Source: a virus
IMG/VR virus record: IMGVR_UViG_3300045988_125832
Coordinates: 1 to 32,654 of that record
DNA: 32,654 nt
Reading direction: 5' to 3' (one strand)
Shown: positions 22,787-32,465 of the stretch, in pieces
How the letters are laid out: the number at the start of each line of letters is the position of its first letter
Numbering within the stretch: the first letter of the stretch is position 1
Notes under the pieces: model-generated
What the model saw: only the letters and a program-made list of their open reading frames with translations
Databases searched by the model: none
Told to the model about the DNA's origin: nothing
Made by a program: the position numbers and the translations under genes

Positions 22787-24187
22787 TTATTCCTTTGTTC
22801 CTGCTGCCACCTTGGCATTTACTGTATCGTCCGCAAAGGTCATGTCGGCTGTCGGCTTTGTGCCGGAGATGCCGATTGCTACAAATCCCTCTGCGATTGA
22901 CGGGATACCATCGTATCTTGCAGTCCCTTTGAAAACTGTCTGATCTTCCAGGAACTTCACATGCTCGGACTGTGCGATGCTTGTACCCTCACGCTCTGCA
23001 AGCAGATAGAGGTCCCCATAACCGCCGACAATCACATTGTCCGGGATGAAATCAAGTGTCTCGATGGTGCCGCCGATGATTGGCATGGTGTCGTTCATGC
23101 CTGTCGCAATAGCACCGGCCGCATTGAAGGAAAGCGCCTCTGATACAAGCGTTGTCTTCGTCGTCTCGTTCATTGCCCAGAATCGTGTACCGGTCGAATA
23201 CTTACCCTTTGCCGCACCGGATGCTTTGATGATCTCCTTGAAGAGCTCTACACCGGTCTTGGCAGCCGCAATCGACTTGATATTTGTTGATGACAGATCA
23301 ACCCATGTACGTGCAGTTTCCGGGTAGCTCTCCGGCTTTATTGCCTGTGCAAGGCGTGTCACGATACCAAGCGGCATCTTTGTACCTTTTCCGTACAGGA
23401 TTGCCTTATCGAGTGCCAATCCAATCGCCTGTCCAAGTGCTGTAACGATCGTCTCAGCAAGATAGACATCGGAATCCTTCAGTACCGCATTGTTGATTAC
23501 AAGATATCCGCCGACCTTGTAGCCGTCTACTTCTGTATTGTTGAACGAAAGCGAAAGCTCGTTCAGCGCGGCGTACATCTCTGTCCATACACCCTCCGGG
23601 ATGGTGCCCTGGATGTTCTGACGTGCCTTTCCCGGTACGCTCTTTACGTTGACGTACTTATAGAGCTTGGAATATCCTTCGATATTCTCACGGAGCAGTT
23701 CCAGCATTACATCCGGGATAGTAAGCTCCGCATTGGTAATTGAGCGGTTTTCTGTGCCAAGTGTACGCACACGCTCCAGGAAGGTATGTACGTCCTCCCG
23801 CGCAAGGAACGCATCACGCTCCTGATTGTTCATTCCAAAAAACTTCTTTCTTGTGGTCATTGTCTTCACTGTATCTTCTCCTCTCTTTGTTGTATCTGCT
23901 GCCGGTGCAGCCTGTCTCTGTTTCTCCTCCAGATCAGCAAGCTCGGACTCTGTATCCGATACTTCCTTTTCCAGAGTTCTTACTGACTCGTCATTTTCTT
24001 CCTTATCCTTCTCGTACTGCTCTACTTCCTGTGACACTGCCTCCTTCTCTTCGTCTGTCTGTGCCTCTTCAATGGCTGCCTCAAGCTCCTTCTCACGTGT
24101 TGCAAGCTCCTTTGCCTTCTCACGTGCCTCTGTGAGCTTATTTGTGACTTCGCTCAGCTTCTTTCTGAGCATGATAACCTTTAACAT
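22787..24187 (-). CDS. HK97-family major capsid protein with N-terminal coiled-coil (delta-like) domain
   Basis: 466 aa, follows the prohead protease. Glu/Lys-rich first ~110 aa. Confidence 0.9.
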   Translation of the reverse strand: MLKVIMLRKKLSEVTNKLTEAREKAKELATREKELEAAIEEAQTDEEKEAVSQEVEQYEKDKEENDESVRTLEKEVSDTESELADLEEKQRQAAPAADTTKRGEDTVKTMTTRKKFFGMNNQERDAFLAREDVHTFLERVRTLGTENRSITNAELTIPDVMLELLRENIEGYSKLYKYVNVKSVPGKARQNIQGTIPEGVWTEMYAALNELSLSFNNTEVDGYKVGGYLVINNAVLKDSDVYLAETIVTALGQAIGLALDKAILYGKGTKMPLGIVTRLAQAIKPESYPETARTWVDLSSTNIKSIAAAKTGVELFKEIIKASGAAKGKYSTGTRFWAMNETTKTTLVSEALSFNAAGAIATGMNDTMPIIGGTIETLDFIPDNVIVGGYGDLYLLAEREGTSIAQSEHVKFLEDQTVFKGTARYDGIPSIAEGFVAIGISGTKPTADMTFADDTVNAKVAAGTKE

Positions 24188-24765
24188 GATCCATTTCCTC
24201 CTTTTAATTTTTGCTTCATGTCAAGTTTCCACACCTCATTTTGTCGCGCCCGGATGGTGTCGATATCCTTTTGACGTGCATTGACACTTGTCTCTTCGTA
24301 AGCAGGGAATGTACATACTGACACTTCATACAGCTTGACTTTCTTGATTTTCCAGTGAACAGAACCATCCTCACGGACGTCTGTCTCTTCATCCAGAATA
24401 TCAAAGCCAAAGCTGCACTGATCCACGTCATGCCGTTTCACTCTGGCGTACAGATTCATTGCATCCGAATCATCCGGATTAATGTTTATATGTCCCCAGA
24501 GTCCACGCTCATCCTGTCGTAGTGTCAGTGTTGCTGCTTTCGTTCGTCCAAGCACCATGCTCGTGTCATGATTGATTAACGCGCGGATATCATCTGAAAT
24601 TGTCTCAGTAAATGCTCCACTTTCGACACTTTCGCTGTAACCCGGTGCAATAATATAGGTGCTATTAAAAACGGCGAAGTAACCTTCAATCGAAAGTGCC
24701 TCGCCGTCTTCTCTCGTATTAAATTCCGATGCGACAGATCGTATCTGTCGAATATGTCTATCCAT
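24181..24765 (-). CDS. HK97-family prohead protease
   Basis: INHD (His) and CSFGF (Ser) motifs. Sits between the portal and capsid genes. Confidence 0.85.
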   Translation of the reverse strand: MDRHIRQIRSVASEFNTREDGEALSIEGYFAVFNSTYIIAPGYSESVESGAFTETISDDIRALINHDTSMVLGRTKAATLTLRQDERGLWGHININPDDSDAMNLYARVKRHDVDQCSFGFDILDEETDVREDGSVHWKIKKVKLYEVSVCTFPAYEETSVNARQKDIDTIRARQNEVWKLDMKQKLKGGNGSC

Positions 24766-25957
24766 TGTCTTCTCCCTTCTGTATCAATTTCTTCTGTGCT
24801 GCTGCCATGTCCCACGGTATATAGTTTTCAAGCGTTCTAAGTTCATCCAAGCCTTCCTTTGGTGACATGCCTATCTTGTCTCTGACTTCATTTCCAGTCA
24901 CAAATCCACGGTCTGACAGCGAACCGAATACGGATGCTATCGTCGTCAGATCCCAATCCATCACGGACAGGACATTGAACTTGATGTACATATTCGGACT
25001 GTATATCAGTTTCCGCGTCATCTCCTGCTGTAAGCCTGTGACAATCGTCTTTATTTTCGTCTTGACAAAATAATTCCACTCATCCTGCTTGTACTCTCCA
25101 ACGCCAAGCACGAACGCAGGCACTCCTAATATCGCGGCTACACTTTGCTTGTCCAGCTTTACATTGTCGGATATCGCAAGATCTGACAGAGACAACGGTT
25201 TGATCTGTTCTATCTCAAACTGTTCCGCAGGTATCAGCCACGGTGCACCAGCTTCGCCAGAATTCATGTACTCATTGATCAGCTTCTGTCTGCCCTTTGG
25301 CGACGAGAATTCTTCCGTCATTCCATCCACTTTGACGATCAGGCTTGGCTTGTACTTGCTCTTCATGAAAGCATTTGTTGTAGCCTGTGCCTGTCGCAGG
25401 TTGTCCGCGACATCTTTCAATTGTGCTGTAACGCCCTGCCCTTTGTACAGGTATACCTTATCCGGATTATATACAAAGTGCATCACCTCATCCGGGGCAT
25501 AAGGGATTCCATCAATCATCACATGATATCTGGTGTAATCGCCCTGATATGATACTCTGTTTGCAGCCACCGGCTCCATATCAGACAGATATCCATCTTC
25601 CGTGTATACTTTCACAACCGAATTGCCTTTGCCATACAGGAGCAGATTCATCACAATCGCTTCTATAAACGTCTGCCGCGTCATGGTACTGCACGGGTTT
25701 ATATCAATCTTTCGTGACAGTTCATTGATCACACGCTCGTCACCCCGTTCGGTGTTCTCCATGACGTGAATCGTCATTGCTCCAACCACTTCTGCAATCT
25801 TACGGCAGGCTGCTACAATCTCCGGGTTCTGGTCCAGAGATGTATAGCCATCACCGCACAGGATGTCATATGCTTCCGCGCTTCCGATCAGTACCGCCGA
25901 TCGTCTTGCTTTTCTTAGTGCCCGCTGTATCACGTTATTCTTTTTACTCATCTTCAT
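24758..25957 (-). CDS. Portal protein (HK97 family)
   Basis: About 400 aa, directly after TerL. Start at ATG 25957 or 25951 after GGGGAGGTG. Confidence 0.9.
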   Translation of the reverse strand: MKMSKKNNVIQRALRKARRSAVLIGSAEAYDILCGDGYTSLDQNPEIVAACRKIAEVVGAMTIHVMENTERGDERVINELSRKIDINPCSTMTRQTFIEAIVMNLLLYGKGNSVVKVYTEDGYLSDMEPVAANRVSYQGDYTRYHVMIDGIPYAPDEVMHFVYNPDKVYLYKGQGVTAQLKDVADNLRQAQATTNAFMKSKYKPSLIVKVDGMTEEFSSPKGRQKLINEYMNSGEAGAPWLIPAEQFEIEQIKPLSLSDLAISDNVKLDKQSVAAILGVPAFVLGVGEYKQDEWNYFVKTKIKTIVTGLQQEMTRKLIYSPNMYIKFNVLSVMDWDLTTIASVFGSLSDRGFVTGNEVRDKIGMSPKEGLDELRTLENYIPWDMAAAQKKLIQKGEDNG

Positions 25958-27692
25958 TCTCACCTCCCCACCAGCTCTTTGATTTCTCGCTCTTTTCGAG
26001 CGAATTCAAGTATCTGACGCACGCAAACACACTCGAATCGAACAAGTCGATACGTGCCGTCGGTTCTATCTTCTCAAATTGGATCATGTCGTCGGTCTTC
26101 TCAATCGCATGTACATTCTGCACGCAGTACTCATAAGCATCTGAATGCAGGTAATACAACGTTCCATCTTTGGCAGATTTCTCAATATGCCGGAACCCCT
26201 CCGACTTCACGTAGAAATACTGTGGCTGGTCGACTATACGGAACCCTGCCTTTTTCATCTGGATAAAGTACTCACGTGCAAACTTCTTATCGTGACCAAC
26301 CTGCTTGATCTTAAAGCCTTTGCTCCGCATCTCCTTGAACCAATTCACAATATCTCCAACGTTAACCGTCGGCGTGTTGCACATGGTCAGCCATCCATCG
26401 TCCCGCCAGCCAAACAGCGGTATGTTGTCTTCATCTGCTTTCCTTGCTGCTTCCACAACCGGGAAGAATGCATGCGTGATAATGATATCCACGCCCTTGT
26501 AATGTCCGAATAGTGCCGCTGCCGTGAGATCATGCAATTTCGACAGGTCGGCACCACCGTACCAGTCTATATTAAGCTTTGCGAGCTCCTCTATGCTCCA
26601 GGTATACTGCTTGTCTGAATTTTGGAACTCTTTTATATCAAAATATGCCTTCATCGCCGTGGTATATACATTCAACTGGCGGCTTAGAAAATCCTTCCGC
26701 TGTTGCGGATCGTTCTGTGCCTGTATGGAATCGTTCATGATAGCTTCCGGCCGGATTGTCACACCATATCCCGGATTTGCCTTTTCATGCTGGATTGGAT
26801 TGGTAAAATCTACATTTCCCTTTTCGTCCTGATCGGCACGAGATACAAAGCAGAACAATGTATCGTCCTTCACTATGCCATCCAACACTTTGTTTGCATA
26901 TTCCAACCGGCGATAGCAGAATGAATTCATGTTATCGCCCGCAGTTGTGATACCGATCATCAGCTTGTTCGTGTATGCTGCCATTGCCTCCTTGAATCGG
27001 TTGTACTGCGATGCACGCTTGAACGCATGCACCTCATCCGCGATGGCTATGTTACAGTTGAATGAATCCTGCGTGTCTGGATTGCTGGCAAGTGCTTCGA
27101 TGTACAAGGAACCCTCCGGCTCTTCATTCTCATTGTAAAAAGTGTACTCGATAGAGTGCTGTGCATTGTTATTCAGTACTTTAAACTCGCCTATCATGCC
27201 CCGGTATCGCAAAGTATGCAGGATATCGTCGAAGCTCTGCTTTGCCTGTTTCAGTGCCGCTGCAACAATATAGATCGTCGCACCTGATTTACGCTCTAAT
27301 AACCCCAGAGCAAAAGCCAGCGCCGCTATAAAAAGTGTTTTTCCCTGCTTTCGTGGGACAAAAATAAAGGCCTCTTTGTATCGTCTGATCTGAGTACCTT
27401 TATAGTAAAAGCCTATTAAGTTATATACGATGAATATCTGCCACGGCTGCAATATCAGCGGTGTGTTCCGCAGGGTATGTCCTTGCAGGTCCTCGCCTTT
27501 CACATGCACCATCACCCGCTCGATGATATTGATCACAAAATCCGGCTCTTTCGTGTGCAGCTCAAGATCATCGCGTTCCAGATCCGCCAGGAACCGTTTG
27601 CACTCTCGTACATTGTTTCCGGCAATGATCTTTCCAGCGACCACATCTTTCGCGTAGCGGATTGCCGCCTGCTTGTATGACTTAGCCGCCAA
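25944..27692 (-). CDS. terL: Terminase large subunit
   Basis: Walker A-like PRKQGKT and Walker B-like IADEVH, 582 aa. TTG start overlaps the TerS stop. Confidence 0.92.
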   Translation of the reverse strand: MAAKSYKQAAIRYAKDVVAGKIIAGNNVRECKRFLADLERDDLELHTKEPDFVINIIERVMVHVKGEDLQGHTLRNTPLILQPWQIFIVYNLIGFYYKGTQIRRYKEAFIFVPRKQGKTLFIAALAFALGLLERKSGATIYIVAAALKQAKQSFDDILHTLRYRGMIGEFKVLNNNAQHSIEYTFYNENEEPEGSLYIEALASNPDTQDSFNCNIAIADEVHAFKRASQYNRFKEAMAAYTNKLMIGITTAGDNMNSFCYRRLEYANKVLDGIVKDDTLFCFVSRADQDEKGNVDFTNPIQHEKANPGYGVTIRPEAIMNDSIQAQNDPQQRKDFLSRQLNVYTTAMKAYFDIKEFQNSDKQYTWSIEELAKLNIDWYGGADLSKLHDLTAAALFGHYKGVDIIITHAFFPVVEAARKADEDNIPLFGWRDDGWLTMCNTPTVNVGDIVNWFKEMRSKGFKIKQVGHDKKFAREYFIQMKKAGFRIVDQPQYFYVKSEGFRHIEKSAKDGTLYYLHSDAYEYCVQNVHAIEKTDDMIQFEKIEPTARIDLFDSSVFACVRYLNSLEKSEKSKSWWGGENEDE

Positions 27693-28152
27693 TGTCCCGC
27701 AGGATGTCTCCTAATGCAGACACCTTTTTCCCTTTGATTGCTGATTCGTCGATTTTTTTCAGCCCTGCCGGTGTGAGCCCCAGATCTCTCCAGTATGAAA
27801 GTGCAGATGTATTCATATCCCCCCAGCTCACCAGCAGTGGATTTTTTGTCATGTTGGTACTTCCGTTTTTGTTCGTATGCTCCACTACAGGTTTGGCACC
27901 GGTTTCGACGTATTCCTGATAGATTTTGTCACGCTCTGCAAGTATATTTGCGAGCGTATCGATCATCGGAAGAAAAGCATCTCGATACGTGCCAACCGCC
28001 TTGGTTGCTGATATTATTCGATTTTTCCATGCTGTCTTTTTCACCCGGTTTCCCCCTTTCTCAAAAAATCCTGCGTATTTGGAAAAGGCTCCACCCACCG
28101 TTCTATCCTCCGGCGCTCCAAAAACGCTAGAGAGGGGGGAGTCTGCTGCCAT
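27682..28152 (-). CDS. terS: Terminase small subunit (P27-like)
   Basis: Sits between HNH and TerL. Start uncertain (ATG 28152, or GTG 28044 after GGGGGA). Confidence 0.7.
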   Translation of the reverse strand: MAADSPLSSVFGAPEDRTVGGAFSKYAGFFEKGGNRVKKTAWKNRIISATKAVGTYRDAFLPMIDTLANILAERDKIYQEYVETGAKPVVEHTNKNGSTNMTKNPLLVSWGDMNTSALSYWRDLGLTPAGLKKIDESAIKGKKVSALGDILRDIGG

Positions 28153-28423
28153 ATCGCTTCTTCATACGCATTTGTAACTGTTTTCCTGTCGCTGTAAGCT
28201 CATGTGAATCCCGATCATGCATGCGGTTGTGGCACTTCTGGCATAGCGTGATCAGGTTGCAGTCGTTGTACCGCTCATCCGGATACTGTTCGACTGGGTA
28301 CACATGATGCACATGATCTCCTGATCTTCGTTTGCCATATCGCTTACACTCTTGGCACTGGTAAGCATCTCGTCGCAGGATCACTGCACGTTTCTTCTTC
28401 CATCGTTTGTCGTTATACATCAT
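28127..28423 (-). CDS. HNH endonuclease (packaging-associated)
   Basis: CQECKRYG...HVHHV...CQKCHNRMH. Confidence 0.85.
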   Translation of the reverse strand: MMYNDKRWKKKRAVILRRDAYQCQECKRYGKRRSGDHVHHVYPVEQYPDERYNDCNLITLCQKCHNRMHDRDSHELTATGKQLQMRMKKRYGSRLPPL

Positions 28424-28841
28424 TGGATTTATCCTCTGATTTCTTCTGTAGGATGTCGATTGCTTTCGTAATCACTGCCGGAAGCTTCACGCCCATGAGC
28501 CCGGCATTCTCGACCAATGAGATTGTCTCGTTCGCTATAAAAGCAATCACGACCGCATCACGAATATAATTAGTGCCGATGACTAAATCTAATCTATATG
28601 CTACGATCACGAACACAAGTGTCATGCACTTTCTGCATAAGCCTTTCCATCCAGCTTTGCTCTCCAAACTGCCTGTATCAGTTTTTGGACTGTTCTTGAA
28701 TACGCCAGCAACAATCAGCCCAGATACATAATCAATCGCCATGAATATGAGCAGGGTTTTAATACCTGCATCCCATCCGCCAAATACGGATGCTATCGCT
28801 GATCCAATCACTCCTACTACTGTACATATCGCCTGTTTCAT
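28413..28841 (-). CDS. Holin (LL-H / phage_holin_4-like)
   Basis: Several TM helices. Start moved to ATG 28841 (AAAGGAGAG SD). Confidence 0.75.
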   Translation of the reverse strand: MKQAICTVVGVIGSAIASVFGGWDAGIKTLLIFMAIDYVSGLIVAGVFKNSPKTDTGSLESKAGWKGLCRKCMTLVFVIVAYRLDLVIGTNYIRDAVVIAFIANETISLVENAGLMGVKLPAVITKAIDILQKKSEDKSNDV

Positions 28842-28964
28842 CTTCTCTCCTTTCCAACGCAAAACAGCAGCTATATGTTTTCCATACAACTGCTGTTCTC
28901 CGTTTCTCTCAACTATCTCATGCTATCATAATATCACTTAATTTGTCCCCCGAGTACTCCACTT

Positions 28965-29150
28965 TCATTTTTTCTTAAAACTTCCGAAGAATTCTCTCAC
29001 TCTTACGTATAGCTTAAAAAACAAGTATGAATACGTCTCTCTTAATGCAAGTCTATAAAGCATCTGATCTTGCAACGTCAGGCTCTCTACAAATTCCTTT
29101 TCGTTAAAGTAATCAATATACTCCTCAATGATCTCATCCTCCGTTTTCAT
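28965..29150 (-). CDS. Hypothetical 61-aa protein
   Basis: ORF with a GAGGTGAG SD. Confidence 0.5.
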   Translation of the reverse strand: MKTEDEIIEEYIDYFNEKEFVESLTLQDQMLYRLALRETYSYLFFKLYVRVREFFGSFKKK

Positions 29151-29156
29151 ATCTTC

Positions 29157-29558
29157 TCACCTCACTTTCTTAGATAACAGATAGTAGAACTTTCGCCGAC
29201 TTCGATAGTATAATGCACGCGACGCTGGCATCCCTCGCGCCTCAAGCACCATATATGTACACTCGGTATCTGTTACTCCTGCCAATATGTACTGCGCAAT
29301 TTCCTTGTTTGCTTCCACTGCCGTATCTTCAATCAGCTTGCAACGCTTGCTTAGTTCTGCTGCCTTGATGGCTGCACTTGCGGTCGGGTTTGATAATCCA
29401 TTTCCTGTTGCTCCGGTTTCATGCGATCGTAGTCCGCGCAGTTCTCTAATCTCTTTTATCCAATCCGGGTACTGCATACAGTAGTGGTACAATTCCAAGA
29501 ATCTATGCTTCCCGATGTTGTAGCTTGCAACCGAGTTTCTTTGTCTCACCTTGCTCAC
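29157..29558 (-). CDS. Putative late-gene transcriptional activator (sigma region-4-like / ArpU-RinA-like)
   Basis: C-terminal HTH-like GMPASRALYYRSRRKFYYLL. Lies upstream of the packaging genes. Confidence 0.5.
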   Translation of the reverse strand: MSKVRQRNSVASYNIGKHRFLELYHYCMQYPDWIKEIRELRGLRSHETGATGNGLSNPTASAAIKAAELSKRCKLIEDTAVEANKEIAQYILAGVTDTECTYMVLEARGMPASRALYYRSRRKFYYLLSKKVR

Positions 29559-29564
29559 GCTCCT

Positions 29565-30374
29565 TTATACCTTCTTCGTGTACTCCAGACATATCCAGCC
29601 TGCACCGCTTTTCAGCTTTCCCCATTTCTCTCCGGATACTATCTTTTCCGCCACGATCGTATATACACCATTGTCCCGGATCACTCCGGTTACTGCATTT
29701 GCTATACCCGCATCATTACGGATATTCAGTGCCGATGCTGTGACCTTGACTCTATATGTATCTGCCTGTGTCTGCTCTGGTTGGACTGCTTCCTGCTCCG
29801 GTGTCTTTGTTTCTCCGTTTGCATTCTGTTCTGTATTCATACCAAGCGTTGCAAGGATTCCTTTCGCATATGCTACACCAAACGCCCGGCACTTCTCTTC
29901 TGTATCCGCTTTTGCCGCATCAGCTTTATTGTCTACAAATACACCCTCGCAGATAATCGCCGGGCATTTCGTCTGTCTAATAAAGCCAAAATAATCGCTT
30001 CCGTATGCGTTCTTTTTTGTCTTTAAGCCACGGCTTTTCTGCCCGATCTTCACAACTTCTTTCTCTATGTTCTGTGCAAGCACCTTTCCTTTGCCGCCAT
30101 TCACACTGTGCCATACTTCGAAACCTTCTCCGCCGCCTGCGTTGTTGTGTATGTCAAGCGCCAGATCTGCGTCCCAATGGTTACACATTGTTGTTTTTTC
30201 ATTGATTGAACTATCTATGTCTCCGTTCCTGCTGATCAATACTTCTACTCCATGCTCTTTCAAGTAATCGCGGCATCCCTTTGCCATCTGCAGATCAATA
30301 TCTTTTTCTACCAGATACTTCACTGCTCCTGGATCGCTCCCACCATGTCCTACTCCAATATATACCTTTGCCAT
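29565..30374 (-). CDS. Endolysin: N-acetylmuramoyl-L-alanine amidase (Amidase_3) + C-terminal SH3
   Basis: VGHGGSDPGA and DIHNNAGGGEGFEVW, plus the SH3-like tail YRVKVTASALNIRNDAG...GWICLEY. Start at ATG 30374. Confidence 0.9.
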   Translation of the reverse strand: MAKVYIGVGHGGSDPGAVKYLVEKDIDLQMAKGCRDYLKEHGVEVLISRNGDIDSSINEKTTMCNHWDADLALDIHNNAGGGEGFEVWHSVNGGKGKVLAQNIEKEVVKIGQKSRGLKTKKNAYGSDYFGFIRQTKCPAIICEGVFVDNKADAAKADTEEKCRAFGVAYAKGILATLGMNTEQNANGETKTPEQEAVQPEQTQADTYRVKVTASALNIRNDAGIANAVTGVIRDNGVYTIVAEKIVSGEKWGKLKSGAGWICLEYTKKV

Positions 30375-30381
30375 CTTTATA

Positions 30382-30756
30382 TTACCTCCGTTCATACACT
30401 CTTGCATTTATATATTTCTGTTCTTCCTCAGTCCACGCATCCAACAAGCGCCGTGCCGTCCGATACGCTATAATATAGCTTTCGCTCTTGCTGCCTTTGT
30501 AATATTCGTTGAGAAACTCTAACAGTGCCTGTTCCCGTATCTTCTGTGTTTCTGTCTTTTGCTCAGCTTTCCAATCCAGCTTTGTACCGCAGTTGTCGCA
30601 ATTGTGCACGCTGCTCCAACACATTTGATCTAGTATTTCTCCTCGATTGCCAAGATACCACTTTCTTTCATGACAGCACGGACATACTGCAAGCACTCTT
30701 GGATTGCCGTGTGCATCCTTGTATCTCTCATCAATCTCAATTAACAGTTCTGCCAT
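30382..30756 (-). CDS. Zinc-ribbon-containing hypothetical protein
   Basis: CPCCHERK...CDNCG. ORF only. Confidence 0.55.
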   Translation of the reverse strand: MAELLIEIDERYKDAHGNPRVLAVCPCCHERKWYLGNRGEILDQMCWSSVHNCDNCGTKLDWKAEQKTETQKIREQALLEFLNEYYKGSKSESYIIAYRTARRLLDAWTEEEQKYINARVYERR

Positions 30757-30824
30757 AGTATCCGGTTCCCCGGATTCTCACCCCCTTCCTTCTTTAGATT
30801 TATGATATATTTTCTTAGTGCCAA

Positions 30825-30863
30825 AATAAAAAAGGTACCAACCAATGAATACTGGTCAGTACC
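30825..30863 (-). terminator. Rho-independent terminator after the RHH gene
   Basis: ggtaccaacca (30834-30844) / tggtcagtacc (30853-30863). The A-rich tract at 30825-30833 gives a U-tract on the minus strand. Confidence 0.65.
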
Positions 30864-30879
30864 TCTCCTTTTCTAGTAT

Positions 30880-31062
30880 TTACTTGTTTTTCTCGATGAA
30901 TTCTCTCATCATCATGCTAAGCTGTCCGGCTTGACTTACTCCTGCCTTCTCACATGCATCTGCAAATGCCTCTACCAGCTCTCGCTTCAGCTTATATGAT
31001 TTGCTTATCAAGCCAGCTTTTGCATTCCACTTGTCCTGCGGTCTAATCTTCTTTTCTTCCAT
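30880..31062 (-). CDS. Ribbon-helix-helix (Arc/CopG-like) small DNA-binding protein
   Basis: KSYKLKRELVEAFADACEKAGVSQAGQLSMMMREFIE pattern. GAGGTG SD. Confidence 0.55.
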   Translation of the reverse strand: MEEKKIRPQDKWNAKAGLISKSYKLKRELVEAFADACEKAGVSQAGQLSMMMREFIEKNK

Positions 31063-31216
31063 CGTGCACCTCGCAATATATATTTAATCCAATTGATGCC
31101 ACACTCAATACAAGTGCTATTGCAATTGCCGCATCCAATCCTTTTCTGATTGCATAGTACACAAGAACCGCCGCCGAACAGGTGCTAATAATTGTTAATA
31201 CTTTTCTTATAGACAT
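31043..31216 (-). CDS. Possible 57-aa two-TM membrane peptide
   Basis: MSIRKVLTIISTCSAAVLVYYAIRKGLDAAIAIALVLSVASIGLNIY... Weak SD. Overlaps the RHH start by 20 nt. Confidence 0.35.
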   Translation of the reverse strand: MSIRKVLTIISTCSAAVLVYYAIRKGLDAAIAIALVLSVASIGLNIYCEVHDGRKED

Positions 31217-31236
31217 ATCTTCAAAAATGGCTTAGA

Positions 31237-31273
31237 ATAAAATTAGGCGGTGGGTGGGATATTCCCACCGCCT
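31237..31273 (-). terminator. Rho-independent terminator after the 38-aa peptide gene
   Basis: aggcggtggg (31245-31254) / cccaccgcct (31264-31273), then aattttatt on the minus strand. Confidence 0.7.
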
Positions 31274-31279
31274 GTGCCC

Positions 31280-31396
31280 TTACTTGAAGAAGGTTTCGTA
31301 GATCAAGCATACGATGGTTGCTATGCCTTGCAGGATGCTTACTACGATTGCAACCTTTTCAAGTTTGGGCTTTTTCTTTTGTTTTTTCTTAGCCAT
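31280..31396 (-). CDS. 38-aa Lys-rich single-TM peptide MAKKKQKKKPKLEKVAIVVSILQGIATIVCLIYETFFK
   Basis: AAGGAGGTG SD 8 nt upstream, with its own promoter and terminator. Confidence 0.55.
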   Translation of the reverse strand: MAKKKQKKKPKLEKVAIVVSILQGIATIVCLIYETFFK

Positions 31397-31422
31397 TTCT
31401 TATTCACCTCCTTACAAGTATT

Positions 31423-31451
31423 ATAATATCATACGGTGTACCGTATGTCAA
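31423..31451 (-). promoter_or_regulatory. Promoter TTGACA-17-TGaTATTAT with an embedded 8+2+8 palindrome
   Basis: -35 at 31451-31446 and -10 at 31428-31423. The spacer contains catacggt-gt-accgtatg (31430-31447). Confidence 0.6.
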
Positions 31452-31532
31452 TACTTTTTAATAAAAAAGATGAAAAATTTCTGACCAGTATTCACTTTTC
31501 AATGTGCATCTTTATTTAGTATTTACTAGACT

Positions 31533-31832
31533 TTACAGGTAATTCTTCCCGAAGATCTCCCGGAAGCTCTTACCTGGATAGTGCGCTTCAAAAGCCTTTT
31601 GTGCCGCTTCGTGCAATATCTGCATATAGTCGCTGTTCTGGTGTACCGCATCCGGTCCTGTCCGGTGATGCTCCGGGCACAGGTAAACCTTCAAGCCGTA
31701 CTTTTCTGACAGCTTCCGGTTCGGTCCTCCAAAGCAATGATGTTCTTCAATCGTATAGCCCTGCTGCCGAATTCCGAGCATGTCACACATGTAACAGCAT
31801 CCGTCTTTGTTCTGCATGATAGATCTACTCAT
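31533..31832 (-). CDS. Cys/His-rich (CxxC...CPEHH) putative zinc-binding protein
   Basis: ORF in an overlapping gene chain. CYMCDM...EEHHCFGG...CPEHHR. Confidence 0.55.
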   Translation of the reverse strand: MSRSIMQNKDGCCYMCDMLGIRQQGYTIEEHHCFGGPNRKLSEKYGLKVYLCPEHHRTGPDAVHQNSDYMQILHEAAQKAFEAHYPGKSFREIFGKNYL

Positions 31833-32116
31833 GATTCCCCTCCTTGCTTTACTATCTCGATTGCTCTATCCAGTCCTCTGTGGTACAAGTCATCATATTC
31901 TGTATCCAAGCAAGTACATATTTCATCCACATACTTGTCAAAATCCGCATATGAAAGCTCTTTTTCCTCTTCCAGTTGATTCAAAACATTATCTACGTTA
32001 TATGCCGTAGGTTCTGCGTCAATAATTCTGCAGAACCGTTCGTATTCATCCGAGCTCAAAGTGTACTCACTTACTCGATCTTTTAAGCTCATATCGTCTA
32101 TCAATCTACTCATCAT
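31829..32116 (-). CDS. Hypothetical acidic 95-aa protein
   Basis: ORF in an overlapping gene chain. Confidence 0.55.
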   Translation of the reverse strand: MMSRLIDDMSLKDRVSEYTLSSDEYERFCRIIDAEPTAYNVDNVLNQLEEEKELSYADFDKYVDEICTCLDTEYDDLYHRGLDRAIEIVKQGGES

Positions 32117-32465
32117 AAACCACGTCCTTGCTCACTTTTTTCGTTACCTTGATTGTGTCCTTATTTGTCTTGCTGATCGTGATTTTAACACCTCTTCCAT
32201 TGTCCACTATTATCTTCACTATGTTTCTCCGATCAACCAGCTCAACGCACTGTTTCAGATACTCGCACACTTCCTCGTCCGTCTCATTGATTGCCAGCTT
32301 AATGTTGTCTTTTGCCTTCTCCTGTCTTTTTCTCGCTCTCTGATGGATTCTCGCTCCTTGACAGTCGCACATCATGATTGCATGCTCCTCTGCCCGCTCA
32401 TCTGGTATCTCTTCGCCAAATAGTACAAGATTTCTGCAATATTTGCATATTTCTCTATTTGCCAT
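32106..32465 (-). CDS. Hypothetical 119-aa protein with CxxC...CDC motif
   Basis: ORF. AAAAGGAGG SD lies within the upstream gene end. Confidence 0.55.
   Translation of the reverse strand: MANREICKYCRNLVLFGEEIPDERAEEHAIMMCDCQGARIHQRARKRQEKAKDNIKLAINETDEEVCEYLKQCVELVDRRNIVKIIVDNGRGVKITISKTNKDTIKVTKKVSKDVVYDE

Noticed and set aside
22327-22932. 201-aa plus-strand ORF, plus similar long plus-strand ORFs at 2696..3259, 4530..4976, 23826..24284, 25089..25502, 26145..26513 and 29484..30026
   Set aside because: All are antisense shadows of well-supported minus-strand genes. Their products are Cys/Leu/Ser/Arg-rich and unprotein-like, with no ribosome-binding sites.
23850-24187. The Glu/Lys-rich N-terminal ~110 aa of the capsid ORF as a separate scaffold gene
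   Set aside because: There is no internal stop or restart signal. A fused delta-like scaffolding domain is normal for HK97-type capsid proteins.
30757-30790. Small inverted repeat atccgg-ttcc-ccggat between a distant GGGGGTGAG SD and the ATG of gene 30382..30756, as a translational control element
   Set aside because: It is only a 6-bp stem with a single occurrence and no comparative support. Noted but too weak to call.
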